DNA of 64,000 nt, taken from positions 38,380,001 through 38,444,000 of the forward strand of contig CM119372.1 of NCBI GenBank assembly GCA_051294905.1, written 5' to 3'. The notes under the pieces are model-generated. The model had not been told where the DNA came from, did not search any database, and saw only the letters and a program-made list of their open reading frames with translations. Positions 51,543 through 64,000 of this stretch are shown piece after piece; the first letter of the stretch is position 1; each line of letters starts with the position of its first letter. Made by a program: the position numbers and the translations under genes. Source of the DNA: Botryllus schlosseri. Lineage: Eukaryota.

Positions 51543-52284
51543 TATGTGGCATTAATTTTGAAAGTTTTGGCGGAAATCAAAACGTGATTTTATCCCAACA
51601 TTTGAGTTGATATCTATGTTATTCTTGTAAGAGGCGACGAAACATTCTTCATTGCCATGTTGTAGCTTAAATTATAGCACACAACAAAACAAGTAGAAAA
51701 ATTTGAGTTTTGTGCGTATGTCTCATAGGTCCCATGGTCGTGTGCTATTTGACCCACCGGGTGGGGACCGATGATACGTTCGAGCAACACATTTTAAACG
51801 TTTATAATATCCATGTAAATGTCCGCGATAGTTAGAGCTTGTATCAAAGTGTTGAGGCAGCAAATGATCCGCTCATCTCGGCAGAAGATTTGAGGGCCAG
51901 AGATCATTCTGCAATTTTTGATCCATCCGTACCACATCTCCCCTTTTGTGACTGAATTTACAATCATCGATTTCGTTGCAACGGTTGGCATATCAACTGT
52001 TCAGACAAATACTATATCTTGCAATAATTTCTGATTACAATTTGTGATACTCATTCATTTCAGTTAATCACCGAGGTATTTTGATGCTATATTTAGCCTT
52101 TATTTTACTATGAAGACTGATGCCATGAAGTGATTGCGATATGCCCAAATATCAGTATAAGTCTGATAGTGAATTGAAAAGAATACAGCGTTGGCGAAGG
52201 CATCAGTTTATAAAGCATCGTCCTCTAAGCATTGGTTCAACCGGCCGCGTCAATGTCCATTTTAAGCCGATTATGACGACTAAT

Positions 52285-53166
52285 CAGTGTTGGGATGACT
52301 CAAGTCAACTTTTTCGAGTGACTTGACTTGACTCGAGTCACTTTGCAAAAATTACTTGACTTGACTCGGCGCTTCAGAAATGTGGATTGACTCGTGACTC
52401 GGAGCAAAATTTACGAGTCAATTTCAAGTCATCAAGCAAACGGTGTCGATTAAATCTCTGTATCTTGTTTTATGTTCGGATTATTCGCGATACGCCGGCT
52501 TGACTTCTGAGAGAAACCAGTCATACACTGATTGTACCTTTCACTGATTCCCCTTGTTACATCACAAATAAAGTGACCGAAAACGAAATGATGACAGCTT
52601 ACGTTTATGTGCTAGCAGAAAATAATCTAATAGCAACGTATCTGTTTCTTAGACGGCTCAGTGCTTACATCGCGCAGTGCCCACCTTAACCAATCATCTC
52701 CTTGTATGATTTGAATCGAACGAATATAGTTTATGTGTTCATATTCTCACGGATATCAACTTGCTTCAACTTCTCGACACTTCGTATTCGATCCTCTATT
52801 TTGGCTCACGTATTTTATTAGCTGCTCTACGTCTGTGAGAGCGATACAACGCCTTTTTGCATATATATTTGACTTGATACTTGGTATTTTATTCAAGATA
52901 TATAACCAAAACATCTGTCTTTCACTCATCCATCAAAATGTAGTGACTTTGAATCATCACTCATGCTTCGAAAATTCAATTTGACTTGAATTGTGAATTG
53001 ACTCGTGACTTGACTTGACTTGACTCGACTTGACTCGAGTCACCTCCGAAAAACGAATGACTTGACTTGACTCGAGTCACCTACGAAAATCGATTGACTT
53101 GACTTGACTCGAGTCAAAATGTGCGATGACTCGTGACTCGAAAGTAGTGACTTGATCCCAACACTG
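52285..53166. mobile_element. Non-autonomous hAT element with GACTT/GACTCGAGTC repeats
   Basis: TIR CAGTGTTGGGAT / ATCCCAACACTG. Perfect TSD CGACTAAT. Confidence 0.9.
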
Positions 53167-54824
53167 CGACTAATAATATCTGACTCACAATACATCGCAT
53201 GAATTTGAGGCCAGTGAAATTACCCAGATATCAGAGACCACGCCACGCCCAAACTTGGGAGAAATCATTCACAATTTGGCTCTGAATGAAGTTAGCGTGC
53301 CACACGGTGAGTTGGGTGCTGATGGTGCCTCCGCGTTGCCTTGATCCTATTCTTCCCGCCAAAGCACAGATTTGTTTGATAAACAAGATCTTGTCTGTAT
53401 TTATATTCAAGAGCAGGAATATCAAACTTTTCATGGCAAGAATATCTCTCTGTATCTCGACTGGAATTAATATGTCGTTTTACGCATTTTATATGACGGT
53501 CTGTATTTAACCGGTATTTTGAGTGTATGCTCGTGATGGATTTTATCATAACTAACACGACTATGCAAACATATTGTCAAATTGTGTTTTGCATGATAAG
53601 GGTTGATATATCTGCCAGAAAACAACAATGATTCAGGTAGCGGTAGGGTTAATAGCGGTTGTAAGCTGAAGTAACGAGAGGGTTAATGCACGGCACCAAA
53701 CGGGTTAACAAGTCTGCAGCTAAAGTGCGAAAATGCTATCTTTTGAAGAATCATTTTGACATCGAATGCGCATGATACGACGGGCATTCGCTTCCCATTT
53801 TGTTGACTGGGATCCGTCCTCTTTTAGGAAGATTTGTCTTCCTTTTTCAGATTTTTAAAAATGTTCACCGATAATGCGCGCCTAAATGTCCTCATTTTTG
53901 GCAATATCTCCTCATTTACAGCTTTAACAGCTGGCATAATGGACAGGTTCAACTGCAAATCGGCATAAATGACGTGAAATAGGTAATGTGGGCGTCCGAG
54001 CGGGTAATACAGGAGTCGAATGAAAGTATATACCTTTTATTTTTTTAGTCATCACCACAAAATTCAGGTAAAAAGTGGGTAAATTGGGACCGGGGAAAAG
54101 TGTTGACCTTTACTCTTTTCCTAGTCAACTCAACCAAATTTACATTAAATATTGCAAAATCGGTTGTTTTCAGTTCAGATAAACTAACTTTTTCAACTAA
54201 AAAGTGTCATCCTTTTGCGATTCCAAATCATAATAACTCTAGTACTGCGAGATGGAGGCATTTCATTTAAAACTATTAGGTGCAGTCACGACGGTCGACC
54301 AACAGTCCCGTTTTCTGAGGCAGCATACCTATACAGTAGGGGTCCATAACCTGTGAGATATGGATCCTCTGGGGCCATGAGTCTTTTTCAGAGTGGCCTG
54401 GAAAATTTTTTATCATAGGGTCTACTAAATTATAATTTCATAACATAACAAGTGAACGATAGAAATTGCTGGAACAGGTGGCAGCCCATAATTCGACTAT
54501 ATATTGTGGGAAAAGTACACCCTAACAGAAGGAACTCGTTACGCCATTGGTGTTGCCTTTACCACCGACATATTGTTTTAAATGCCTGCTTTAAACTATG
54601 TTACTTCTACGGACAAAAATCATAGCAGTGTCTTTGATATTTGGTATGACATGGGACTGGCTCTTTCAACTAGCAGAGCAATAATAGGCTGAAACATCGT
54701 CACATTACCTGAATATGTAATACATAATTAATGTACGATCATCTATAATTTGTAACACCTCCATCGTCGCCAGCATCGTCTACAAGCAATCATACGTGAT
54801 CATAATCAGAATTCAAAATCAGAC

Positions 54825-54856
<32 letters not shown>

Positions 54857-55111
54857 GTGGTATTCATGGTGTTTGTCGACTACAATGGTCATTTACACCA
54901 GGCCGATATTCGATTTTTGATTCCGTAACTGTCGATTTGTAGCACGGTCCACTTCTAGGCTTTTTGTAAGACACCGCTTACGCGGATGATATGACGGGGA
55001 GGAGCGTACCTCCAACACTTCGGTTGGAATTTTTGAATCTACCTCGGTCGGACTCCAACCCACAACCCATTTATGTTGTAGCTGTGGATTACACCACTAC
55101 GCTATCTCGCC
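54825..55111 (-). mobile_element. Full-length tRNA-derived SINE with (ACA)n tail
   Basis: Minus strand GGCGAGATAGCGTAGTGG (A box) ... GGGTTGGAGTCC (B-box-like), ending in (CAA)n. Possible degenerate TSD AAAATC(A/T)GA(C/A)TGTTGT. Confidence 0.8.
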
Positions 55112-55399
55112 ACAAAAAATCTGAATGTTGTGGTGGTACGTTGTATGTAGTGGTGTACTAATTTGTAACTACACAACTGATATCACATAGTTTAGTTTCG
55201 TCCGAACAGTACGAAGACACTTTTCAAGGCCAAACCTCGCATTTCATACTGGTCTCTGAAAAGGATTTGATGTAAATATCAATTGTTTTATTTTATATTT
55301 CGTACGAAAAGTATATGCCAGTTTTTTCTTTTGAACACGCAGTTGATGCGCAATTCATTTTCAGCTCCAATAATAATAATCAATAGTAATATATTAGAT

Positions 55400-56743
55400 C
55401 AGTGGTTCCCAACGTGGGCGATATCGCCCCCCAGGGGGCGATTTGTCGGTCCAGGGGGGCGAAAATAGCCAAGGGGGCGATAGGGGGGCGAAAACGGACG
55501 AAGGGGGCGATAGGGGGGCGATGACGCGTTGAAATGGCTATATTGGCGTCCATGACCGTAACTGCCACACCCAAGCCCCCAATTGAGATGGGGGGCCCGA
55601 GCTCGAATGGGGCGCACAATTTGTTCGTGAATTAACATTAATTATAGAGTATTATTTTGGAAATTTAGGCAACTTTTTCAAAAAATTTTCGCGCTGCGCG
55701 CCATTTCGTGGTCATGTATTTCTTGCTTATTGGATACTCTTCCTTCAAGAAATAATACGCATGAGGTATAGACATGGGCATCTCGGCGTCAGCCATTATC
55801 ACACCATGACGCACCAAGACATATGAAGTTTCAGGACATGTCACATGCGACTCCGAGAAGTGTGCCAGAACGAAAAAACCTTGGCGGAAAAGGCCTGCCT
55901 TTATGCTGACCGACTTCGATATATATGCGATATACATATATATTTAATTGTCCATAGGCGCCTAAATGGCTGGCGCCAAATGTTCCTGTTCTGTCCAATC
56001 AGAACCCCACAAATAAATGCCATCTTGCAGAGAAAAATTAGTTGCCAGTGCAGAAATACCAATTTGAAATCGTGTGCGTCTTTTAGTTTAGTACGTATGG
56101 GCGATTTGAATATCTTTTGACATAGCAGACAGGCCACGAAATGTCATTACGTAACGAAGTCATTATACCCACGGGTCCGCCCGAATATGTTCAATTATTA
56201 TTTACGAGCCCTACATTTTCCAAGACACCTCACTCAGCTTTACCGGTAAATCTGAATACATGAGCAGAGAGAGGATAACAAATTGACAGCAATATTTATG
56301 CAATTCCCGATCATATTGACCGATTCAATCATGAATAATAGAAATTTTTCGCGCTTCGCGAAATAAACCGACTAACTTACGAGTCCAACAATTTGTGCCG
56401 AGAAGTAGCGGTAAAGAGGTATCAGGGGAGTGCAGAAGTTTGCTTTATCGCCCTATGGAGGGGGTCAAGACCAACGTATAGGGGGGGGGGGGGCTAGCGA
56501 AGTGCTGTTACGGTCCTTTGGGAATCAAGTCGGAGAAATCACTTTTTTGTTAGTCAACTCACCAAAATTTAGTCGGAAAAGTGTAATTTCTAGGTCGAGC
56601 CGTAAAGTTGACCTTTTTTCTTAGTCAACTCGCCCGTGATTTCAGTCTGTATCCCCATTTTTGTGTTCCCAATATTTGGGGGGCGATGATCGGTGTGGAG
56701 TTTGAAAAGGGGGCGATGAGTCGAAAAAGGTTGGGAACCACTG
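55400..56743. mobile_element. Non-autonomous hAT (Charlie-like) element with GGGGGCGA repeats
   Basis: TIR CAGTGGTTCCCAAC / GTTGGGAACCACTG. Perfect TSD TATTAGAT. Confidence 0.9.
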
Positions 56744-59700
56744 TATTAGATGAACAGTTAGATGTGTTCAGCAGTGTAATTTTGTTACTTTGTGGTTCCC
56801 CGAAGGCCTGCTGATTAGCGTAGAGGTTGCCCCGATTAAGAACCATTGATATAATTGAAACCAACATTAACCAAATATATTTTCAGTTCCTGCCGTTGCT
56901 GTAAACAAGTCTGTATCAACGTTCAATATCATGAGAAGCTCTCGGGAAAAGAGAAAAGGTTCGTCTTGAGTCCTATATGTAGGCCCACGTAGTAGGGATT
57001 GTGCAAACCAATTAAATTTTCGGACTCACGCATGACACGAACACATGACTTCATGTCAAGTCATTGGGACACAATATTGCCTTCCTATCTACATCCAAGT
57101 TTGTTACCGGAGTTGTACGCAGAGTATATGCTTTTGGTATCAATTACCGGAATTTAATAGCCTCTTGTGATTCTATCTTATAACAACTCGTTGGTAAAAG
57201 TCCTGTCGTTGAAGCCAATTTCCGGCCAACATTATTATTAATATTATTAAAAGTTTTCAGTGGCACTTATCACCTGTTAAGTTAAGGTCTTGTGTGCGAC
57301 GGACGCAAATAAGTTCAGGAAAACGGGTGTATCAGATGTATCTACTACTTGATAGGACAATTTCAGAAACAGCGGACCAACGAAAACCTACATTTCTCAG
57401 CCTGGATTGCTGGACTGCTCCAAGAATTTCACAAGACTGGATTTAAGTACAATTTGTTTTTGCATCGGAAACGAACCAATTTATTATTTAAAACCTAATA
57501 CTATGGTATTTCAACTAATATTCTTGTTGATCAGAATGATTTGGAAGTGCAAGATATATTTTAGTTTTCTAGTGAATTTCCTCTGTGCTACCACCGCGAA
57601 GTATATAGCAAGTGAAAGAACATTGAAATTCAAGGATTTGTCTCTGGAAAATTCCTGATTTTTCGAAAACAAAACGTTCTCAGGGAATATTCTACCAACG
57701 TTCTTTTGCGCACGTGACCCTCTGAAATATCAACGTTTGCACACGGATCACAATCATGGAAATAGAGTTCGCACCATCCCTACTTTCTAGATCAAATATA
57801 AAATATATTATTATATGTGGAATTTTTTACTATTATTAATCTTATATTCTTGTTTCATAAACGTATTTACTTATGTATCGTTTTTAGATTTTGTTAGCAT
57901 GCGAATATCGACACCGGTCCATTCCATATCTCTGTATATGGGTATAGAAATTACGGATTGCGAAAGTTGGAAAGATAAGCATTCATCATACATAAGTCCA
58001 TGATTTGTCCGCACGCCTATATAGATGCAAAATACACAGCATTATAGCTATTTTGCCGAGCGGAGACCAGTATTCATTCAATAGAATCTGCTTGCATTAG
58101 ACTAGAATGTGGGCACTGGGCATGTTGTTCCACCACTGTCGAATTACCGGATATATGATGGTTTACCAGCTAGTATCCATAATGATGTGGAGATTACTTT
58201 ATTTGGCAGCAAATTCCCTGGTTACTGGTTTCGTTGCTGGTCACTGCGCTGTGTCTAAAATGAAGATCTAATTAGGACAAAATTTGAAAAAATTTGCACC
58301 GCACTGTAAAAAATAAAGGTGGGTTTTTGGCTAAAATTGAGGTGGAAACAATAATTCCTCCTTTCATGAGAGGTAGGAACATACTATACACCTATGCCGA
58401 AGGTAAAATACGTCTTCCCACCTCCAACAATAGATCTCCCACCTCCCAAAACCCTCCTATAAAGTGATATAGGATACATCACTTTATAAGGAGGGTTTTG
58501 GGAGGTGGAAGATGTATTTTCGCACGAGATCATAAACTGCGTCGTCGTCAACAAATATACAAAAGCTGTCGTAACGTCGTTTTTGGTGAACCCGTGATAT
58601 ATTACAAATGCTGCGGAACGAGCCCCTATGACTTGGAACGGCAGTCCGAACACATGGATAGCGTCAGATGACGTGCGTAAGTTGACGAGTTCTGCTTAGC
58701 TGATTGGTCATGCAACGGAAATTTATTAATGTTTGGATTGCTATATACGTCCATAAATGTCCGGAATTTCAGTGTAATTAAATTCAATTTCCAGGTTCAG
58801 TAATTTTTTATAATTTATGAAAATATGCACAGCTCCGACAGTTATCGAACATGTCCACATTCAAATCAAAATACACACAATTTACACTGAATCAACACCA
58901 TAGTCAGATCAAGATTACAGGACCACAGCCTGACATATCGATCTCGCCTTCAACCACATTTTTTATCACCTGATAATGAATATGAACGCGAATGCGTAAT
59001 TATAAAAGACCTCCATCTGTAGTTGATCATGATCACACACGATTCAACAATGCTGAAGAGACTTTATTACACGTCCGTCCGCCAAAGCGGTCAGTAGCAA
59101 AAGCGGAAGTGAAAGCACGATGCGATGATACTACAACTGACGTAAGGGGCAGTATAAAAACAGCTGCTACACTATTCCGATCAAACTTGAGAAGTGCCTA
59201 TTACAGCAGTCTCACAAAATACCATAAAAAAGTTAAAAATCATCAACATAACCGCAAACACGCGCATGACCGCACCACATTTGCAGAACACTAGCCCCAA
59301 ACTAACATCAACGAACAAATTCCCTAAACTAAAACCCTAACAACGCCGCGCCACGTCACGGGGAGAGTTACATGCTCCATCCCCTCTTCGTAACATCGGA
59401 CCGGGAGAGACACAAGCTCAATCCCTTCCACACGCGCCAACATCAGTTCCGCCAGTGAAACAGTTATTATGAAGTGAAGCAGCCAGTGAAGTCTTCAAAC
59501 TTCTCATATTGATGCAAAACTGCTTCTTCAATCGGTTCAGATAGCCAATGCCATAATCGAATTTCTGCCAATCTTTCAGCATACCGTTACTGTCCAGGAA
59601 TCTTGAGAATTGCAGCCAAATTAATGAAGTAACGGTTTTAGTGTGCTCGCCATTGTAAAAGACCTCCGTCTGTAGTTGATCACACACGATTCAACAAAGC

Positions 59701-59778
59701 TGCAGAGACTTTACTTTAAGTCCGTCCGCCGAAGAGGCCAAAAGCAAAAGAGGAAGTGAAAGCACGATGAGATGAATT

Positions 59779-61270
59779 CAGAGATGTGCGGATTCCAGAT
59801 TTTGGGAGTCGTATCCATGCTGATCCAACAGTCAAATAGGATTTTGGAGTCCGAAAGTTGAGTAACAAAATTAGGATCCGAAAAAATACTGCTATTTCAC
59901 ATAAATATAGCCTGCAAAACAGACATTAACATAATAATCAACAAATTAGTATCAATAAATGCCTTACAAGGGTTTATTTATATTACATTTCAAATCAATA
60001 ATGTTAGTTACGGTATATATTTTGAATATAAATGCAAGTGGTAGGAACTAGGTTGGGAAAATAAGCTAAAAGACTGTGAGAACAGAGAAAGCAATATTAG
60101 TTGCCTTATAGAGAGGGTAAACATAAGTAACCCATGCATGCCATGATGCATTGCTGATGCCAACAACAAAATTTAATATTGTGTTACTGTGACTTGGCCA
60201 AGACCACTAGGCCTGCTACCATAGTACTCCTGAAGAATGAAACTAAATTTTCACAAGAAGTAAGCAGTCACTGAACAGCCATGTATCAAACAAAATGAAT
60301 GAATCAATCAAAATGATCTCTTGATAAATCAGCACAGCAATGAATAGGACATATAAATATTATGGGATACTGTAAAACCTGCAAAACCCGCAAAACTTGC
60401 AAAACTCGCAAAAGCAAGGCTTATTCAGGAAATAGTAGGTATCTTTTACAATATTGTCGCTGTCTGTAGGCCTCAAGATATCATGGATTAGTTATGGAAT
60501 TAAACTGCTTGTAACTATGCAGCAGGGTTTTGTGGGTGACTAGCAGGGTTTTGCAGTTGACCATGAGGGTTTTGCGGTTGTCCAGAATATAATTATATAA
60601 TCAGCATGATGGTGTGTGCAATCAATCAGAGAGTACCGGTAGTATCAGTTCTAGTGTGTTTCCGAAATCATAAACATGACCAATTGACCATGCCAGCATA
60701 TATTCATACATTACCTCACCACACAATCATTCCAAATGACATCAGAAATCAGAACCACCAGTTACGGTACCTCTGCAACAACACCGACACCTCGCTCCTC
60801 TGTCATCCTGACAACTGATATCAAGTAACCTAATGGTTGATGAACATGCAGGATAAGAATCAATGTCTGACGAACAACTGAATTCGAAAACAAACACTTC
60901 TGCAGCTCGCTGGCAAGAACCTGCCGCCGTCCTCGTCCAACATTCATCATCACATCGCTGCACCAGAAACTTCATGATGTTGCTTACGTATTTCAACCAC
61001 GTGACGGGTATCAGCGGTTTCAACGTTCCCGGAACCAGCCTGGGCTTGATCCATAGCAATGAATGCCTTTTACTACGAAAATAATATCGAAGCAACTTTT
61101 TTCGTTGAATATTAGATATCTTGAACCCTTTTTCACCCAATATTTGTTATGAATATCAAATCCTGTGTAATTCCGGCTCATGGCAGTTTCAGAATCCAGC
61201 TCCTATCCGACCACAGTAAAATTCATCAAAATCCTGCTCCTGCTACTGAACCGGACTGTGCCCATCTCTG
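59779..61270 (-). mobile_element. 1.5-kb hAT element, the long relative of MITE 46377-46651
   Basis: Both ends match the MITE ends in inverted orientation. It interrupts a local duplicate whose empty form is at ~59100-59160. Confidence 0.8.
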
Positions 61271-61726
61271 GGGATGATACAACAACTGACGTAGGGGTTA
61301 GTATAGAGCACGGTTGCTACATAATTATCCGAATTCGTTAGTGGACGCTGAGGCATTCAGTGTTTTAAGCCTAAAAATATGGTAATTCTGCCCCTGCAAA
61401 ATACTGAATAATTGACTTGTAAACGCAATGTAGCGCTAATTCAAATGGATGGAATTTTCCACTGCTGTTCAGATTCGGATAGAATTAAACACTGGCTTAG
61501 TGAGCGAAGGAAAATTTTTGACTAATAATCAAGAATTGTCAATGAATTAAGGTGGTATAAATTCAAATGAAACAAGTGGGTCAAAATTGCGCAAAATCCG
61601 GTTCGAACACTATCCGAGTCCGGTCGATGTTATTGCTAACACGTGGCCGAGAGTCTGCGGTCTGCGACAAGTTGAAATTGCTGCTGTTCTTGGTGGTGTT
61701 GGGCGATAGTATCTCGTTTTAGGATC

Positions 61727-64000
61727 ATGGATTGGACTTGTCCTTTTGAGTCGTGCAGCCTAAAATCATTCTATAGCCGTGAATATCTATTAAGTCATTT
61801 ACGTAGCAAATGGCATGGTTCGTGTGAGACGTACTTCTGTAAAATCGGGTCGTGCGGTCATGTTTCCGGTACATACCAAAGCTACAGAATGCATCTACTT
61901 CATAAACACGCGACGTTGCAGACCAGCATACCTGCGATGGAACTGACGGATGACAGTGATGAACCGGTGTTGACCGAAGCTATGGATGATCAGGGCCACC
62001 AGTCTGGAAAATCTACTGCCTGTCAAAAAGCAAGCTCTGTCAAATTCAGGGAAGCTTGCTTGAAGTTCAACTTATCTATGCTGGAGAAATTTTCGCTGTC
62101 TAGATCTGCCGCCAGGGATATTATGCGTTCCATTGTAAATATATTGGAAGATTATACAGATATCTCTCCAAATGACTTGGGTCAAGTAGTCGATCAGTCA
62201 CAGAGCGCATACATGTTTAAAAAATCATTGCTACGTATTGGCTTGATTGAGCCGATTGAAAAGTTTCCGTTACAAGGCGATAATTGCAGCTACCATTACA
62301 TTCCGATATTGAGTGTTCTTGAAAATTATATTTCTCACAAAGATGTTATTGAAAGTATGAACAGGAACCTCACTGCAAACTCGAACTGGTTTTTGAATGA
62401 TTTCTGTGATGGAACCCTATTCATGAACAATTCCTTTTTCAAATCCGACCGCAGCTTATTGCGTATTCACCTGTACGTTGATGATGTTGAAATATGCAAT
62501 CCTATTGGAAGTGCGAAAAATTTGCATAAATTAACGTGTTTCTATTTTTGTCTTGGTAATGTTGAATCGAAATATCTTTCGAACCTCCGGAACATTCATC
62601 CTGTACTTATTGCTAAAAGCTCACTTGTGAAGAAGGCAGGCTACGCGAGTATACTTGAACCCCTGTACAATGATTTGAAAATATTAGAATCCAATGGCAT
62701 CACTGTGACTCTTTTCAATGGCCAAACTAAAACGTTCAGGGGCGGCTTAGCGACTGTTTCTGCTGATAATTTGGGTAGTCATGACATAGGTGGATTTCGA
62801 AGATGCTTCAGTAGTGGTAGGATATGTCGATTTTGTTATTGTGAATATGACGATTTGAGTCATAAATATTCCGAGCACATGTTTGAGATGAGAAATTTAT
62901 CCGCTCATGAACGCCATGTGCGAGATGTTTTCAATGATCCAACACTAGAAAGTGTTTATGGTGTTCGGAGGGGTAGCCCATTTGCTGGACTTCAGTCTTT
63001 CGATGTCATAAACGGGTTATGTTGTGATATAATGCATGACATCTGGCTTGGCATGGCGAAATATTTGTTGAACTTTTTAATTGAGAAAGTTGTCATGTGT
63101 ACAATGACAAAATCTGATCTGATTGAGTTGATACATAGCTTCCCCTTTGGCAAATACGAACGGCGTAATCGGCCTAATTATAATGGGTCTGCCTCCTCAC
63201 TGACTGCTTCACAAACATGGTGCTTGTTCAATCATTTCGGTCTAATAGTGGGTGGTTATGTTGAAGACGGCAATGAAATTTGGGAATTATATTTGATGCT
63301 ATGCTGGATTTCGGATATAATTTTTGCGAAACGCGTATCAATGGATATGGTGAGTGAATTGAATGTGTTGGTGCCCGATTTTTACAGTGCAGTCATAGAA
63401 TGCGCTCCAGATATCATAAAGCCAAAGCTACACATGATGTTACACTATGCATCTCTGGTTCGAAGTACGGTCCTCTGTACCATGGGTCAATCTGCTGCTT
63501 TCGCTTTGAATCTTATCATCAAATTGTAAAGAAAATCTGTCGAAGTTCTAAAAATTTCAAAAATATCAGCTTAACAGTCTCTAGTCGTTTGATGCAACGA
63601 AAATGTTGGGAAATGATGGCTACAAACTGCTTGTGTAACTTTCCACTAAATGTTAACATTGAGAAAGTTTTGGTGTCGACGCTACCAAATTTTTATCGCA
63701 CCTTATTGGGCTTTGAAATTTTGCAAAATGACACAATGGAAATTGGTAAATCTAAAATATTTGATGATGGTTTTAACAGGTACGAATGCAGTGCCATATA
63801 TATTGTAAGCGAAAACGACGATGGTCCTATATTTTGTAAAGTCGAATACATTATACTTATTGCCAACCAATGGAAAATATTGGGAAAATTGATTGAATCA
63901 TTATATTTCTCTCGTCATCTGCATTGTTATTCTGTTCACGAAACTGATCGTTACCATGCTTTTTTGCCGAATGAATTGATCTACCAAAGACCTTTTGATG
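61727..64000 (+). pseudogene. C2H2 zinc-finger EnSpm/CACTA-like (CMC) transposase with one frameshift at ~63462; incomplete at the window edge
   Basis: Two N-terminal C2H2-like fingers; LYVDDVEICNPIG..HKL..YF.LGN; ADNLGSH..GGF..CRFC; DIMHD..LG; KPKLH..LHY. The -1 frame continues KYGPL..RFESYHQ..K..NFKNI and stays open to 64000. Confidence 0.8.

Larger units (their letters stand above)
48109..51943. mobile_element. Tc1/mariner-superfamily (Fot1/pogo-like) MITE, outer copy
   Basis: TA|GGGGAGATGTGGTAC ... GTACCACATCTCCCC. Holds two inserts. Confidence 0.78.
58302..64000 (+). mobile_element. Putative large EnSpm/CACTA-like element (right end outside the window)
   Basis: A CACTGTAAAAAA terminus-like sequence at 58302, a subterminal hairpin at ~58439-58508, and a downstream CMC-type transposase. 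Linking this end to the ORF is inference. Confidence 0.45.

Noticed and set aside
55040..55111. tRNA gene
   Set aside because: It has A/B-box-like motifs but no convincing cloverleaf, and it continues into a shared body and simple-repeat tail, so it is a SINE head.
58180..58250. Terminal host exon HSAVTSNETSNQGICCQIK* on the minus strand
   Set aside because: Only an acceptor-like AG and a short frame; no linked exons were found.
63455..63470. Programmed -1 ribosomal frameshift
   Set aside because: No X XXY YYZ slippery heptamer at the shift; an indel is the simpler explanation.

Overview
AT-rich, repeat-saturated eukaryotic DNA, most likely from an invertebrate animal (inference from intron signals and TE families). 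No intact host gene, rRNA, tRNA or CRISPR array is recognisable; almost all short ORFs in the track are noise. The window is a mosaic of DNA transposons, many with readable terminal inverted repeats (TIRs) and target-site duplications (TSDs). Main items: (1) an apparently intact 6.5-kb autonomous hAT element (34967-41494) with a 930-aa transposase; (2) a zinc-finger EnSpm/CACTA-like (CMC) transposase from 61727 with one frameshift, running off the window end; (3) a five-level nested stack: a Chapaev-3 transposase fossil, split by a 17.4-kb element with an 8-bp TSD, split by a 12.9-kb EnSpm-like element carrying a DUF4806-like spliced pseudogene, which holds the hAT and a SINE that is itself interrupted; (4) a 5.5-kb P-element-like transposon with a 7-bp TSD and a THAP first exon missed by the ORF track; (5) a Penelope-like retroelement 3' end with a GIY-YIG domain, an inverted duplication and a minimal hammerhead ribozyme; (6) about 20 MITEs, two ~0.55-0.6 kb foldback palindromes and a tRNA-derived SINE. 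Family names come from remembered motifs, not database searches.
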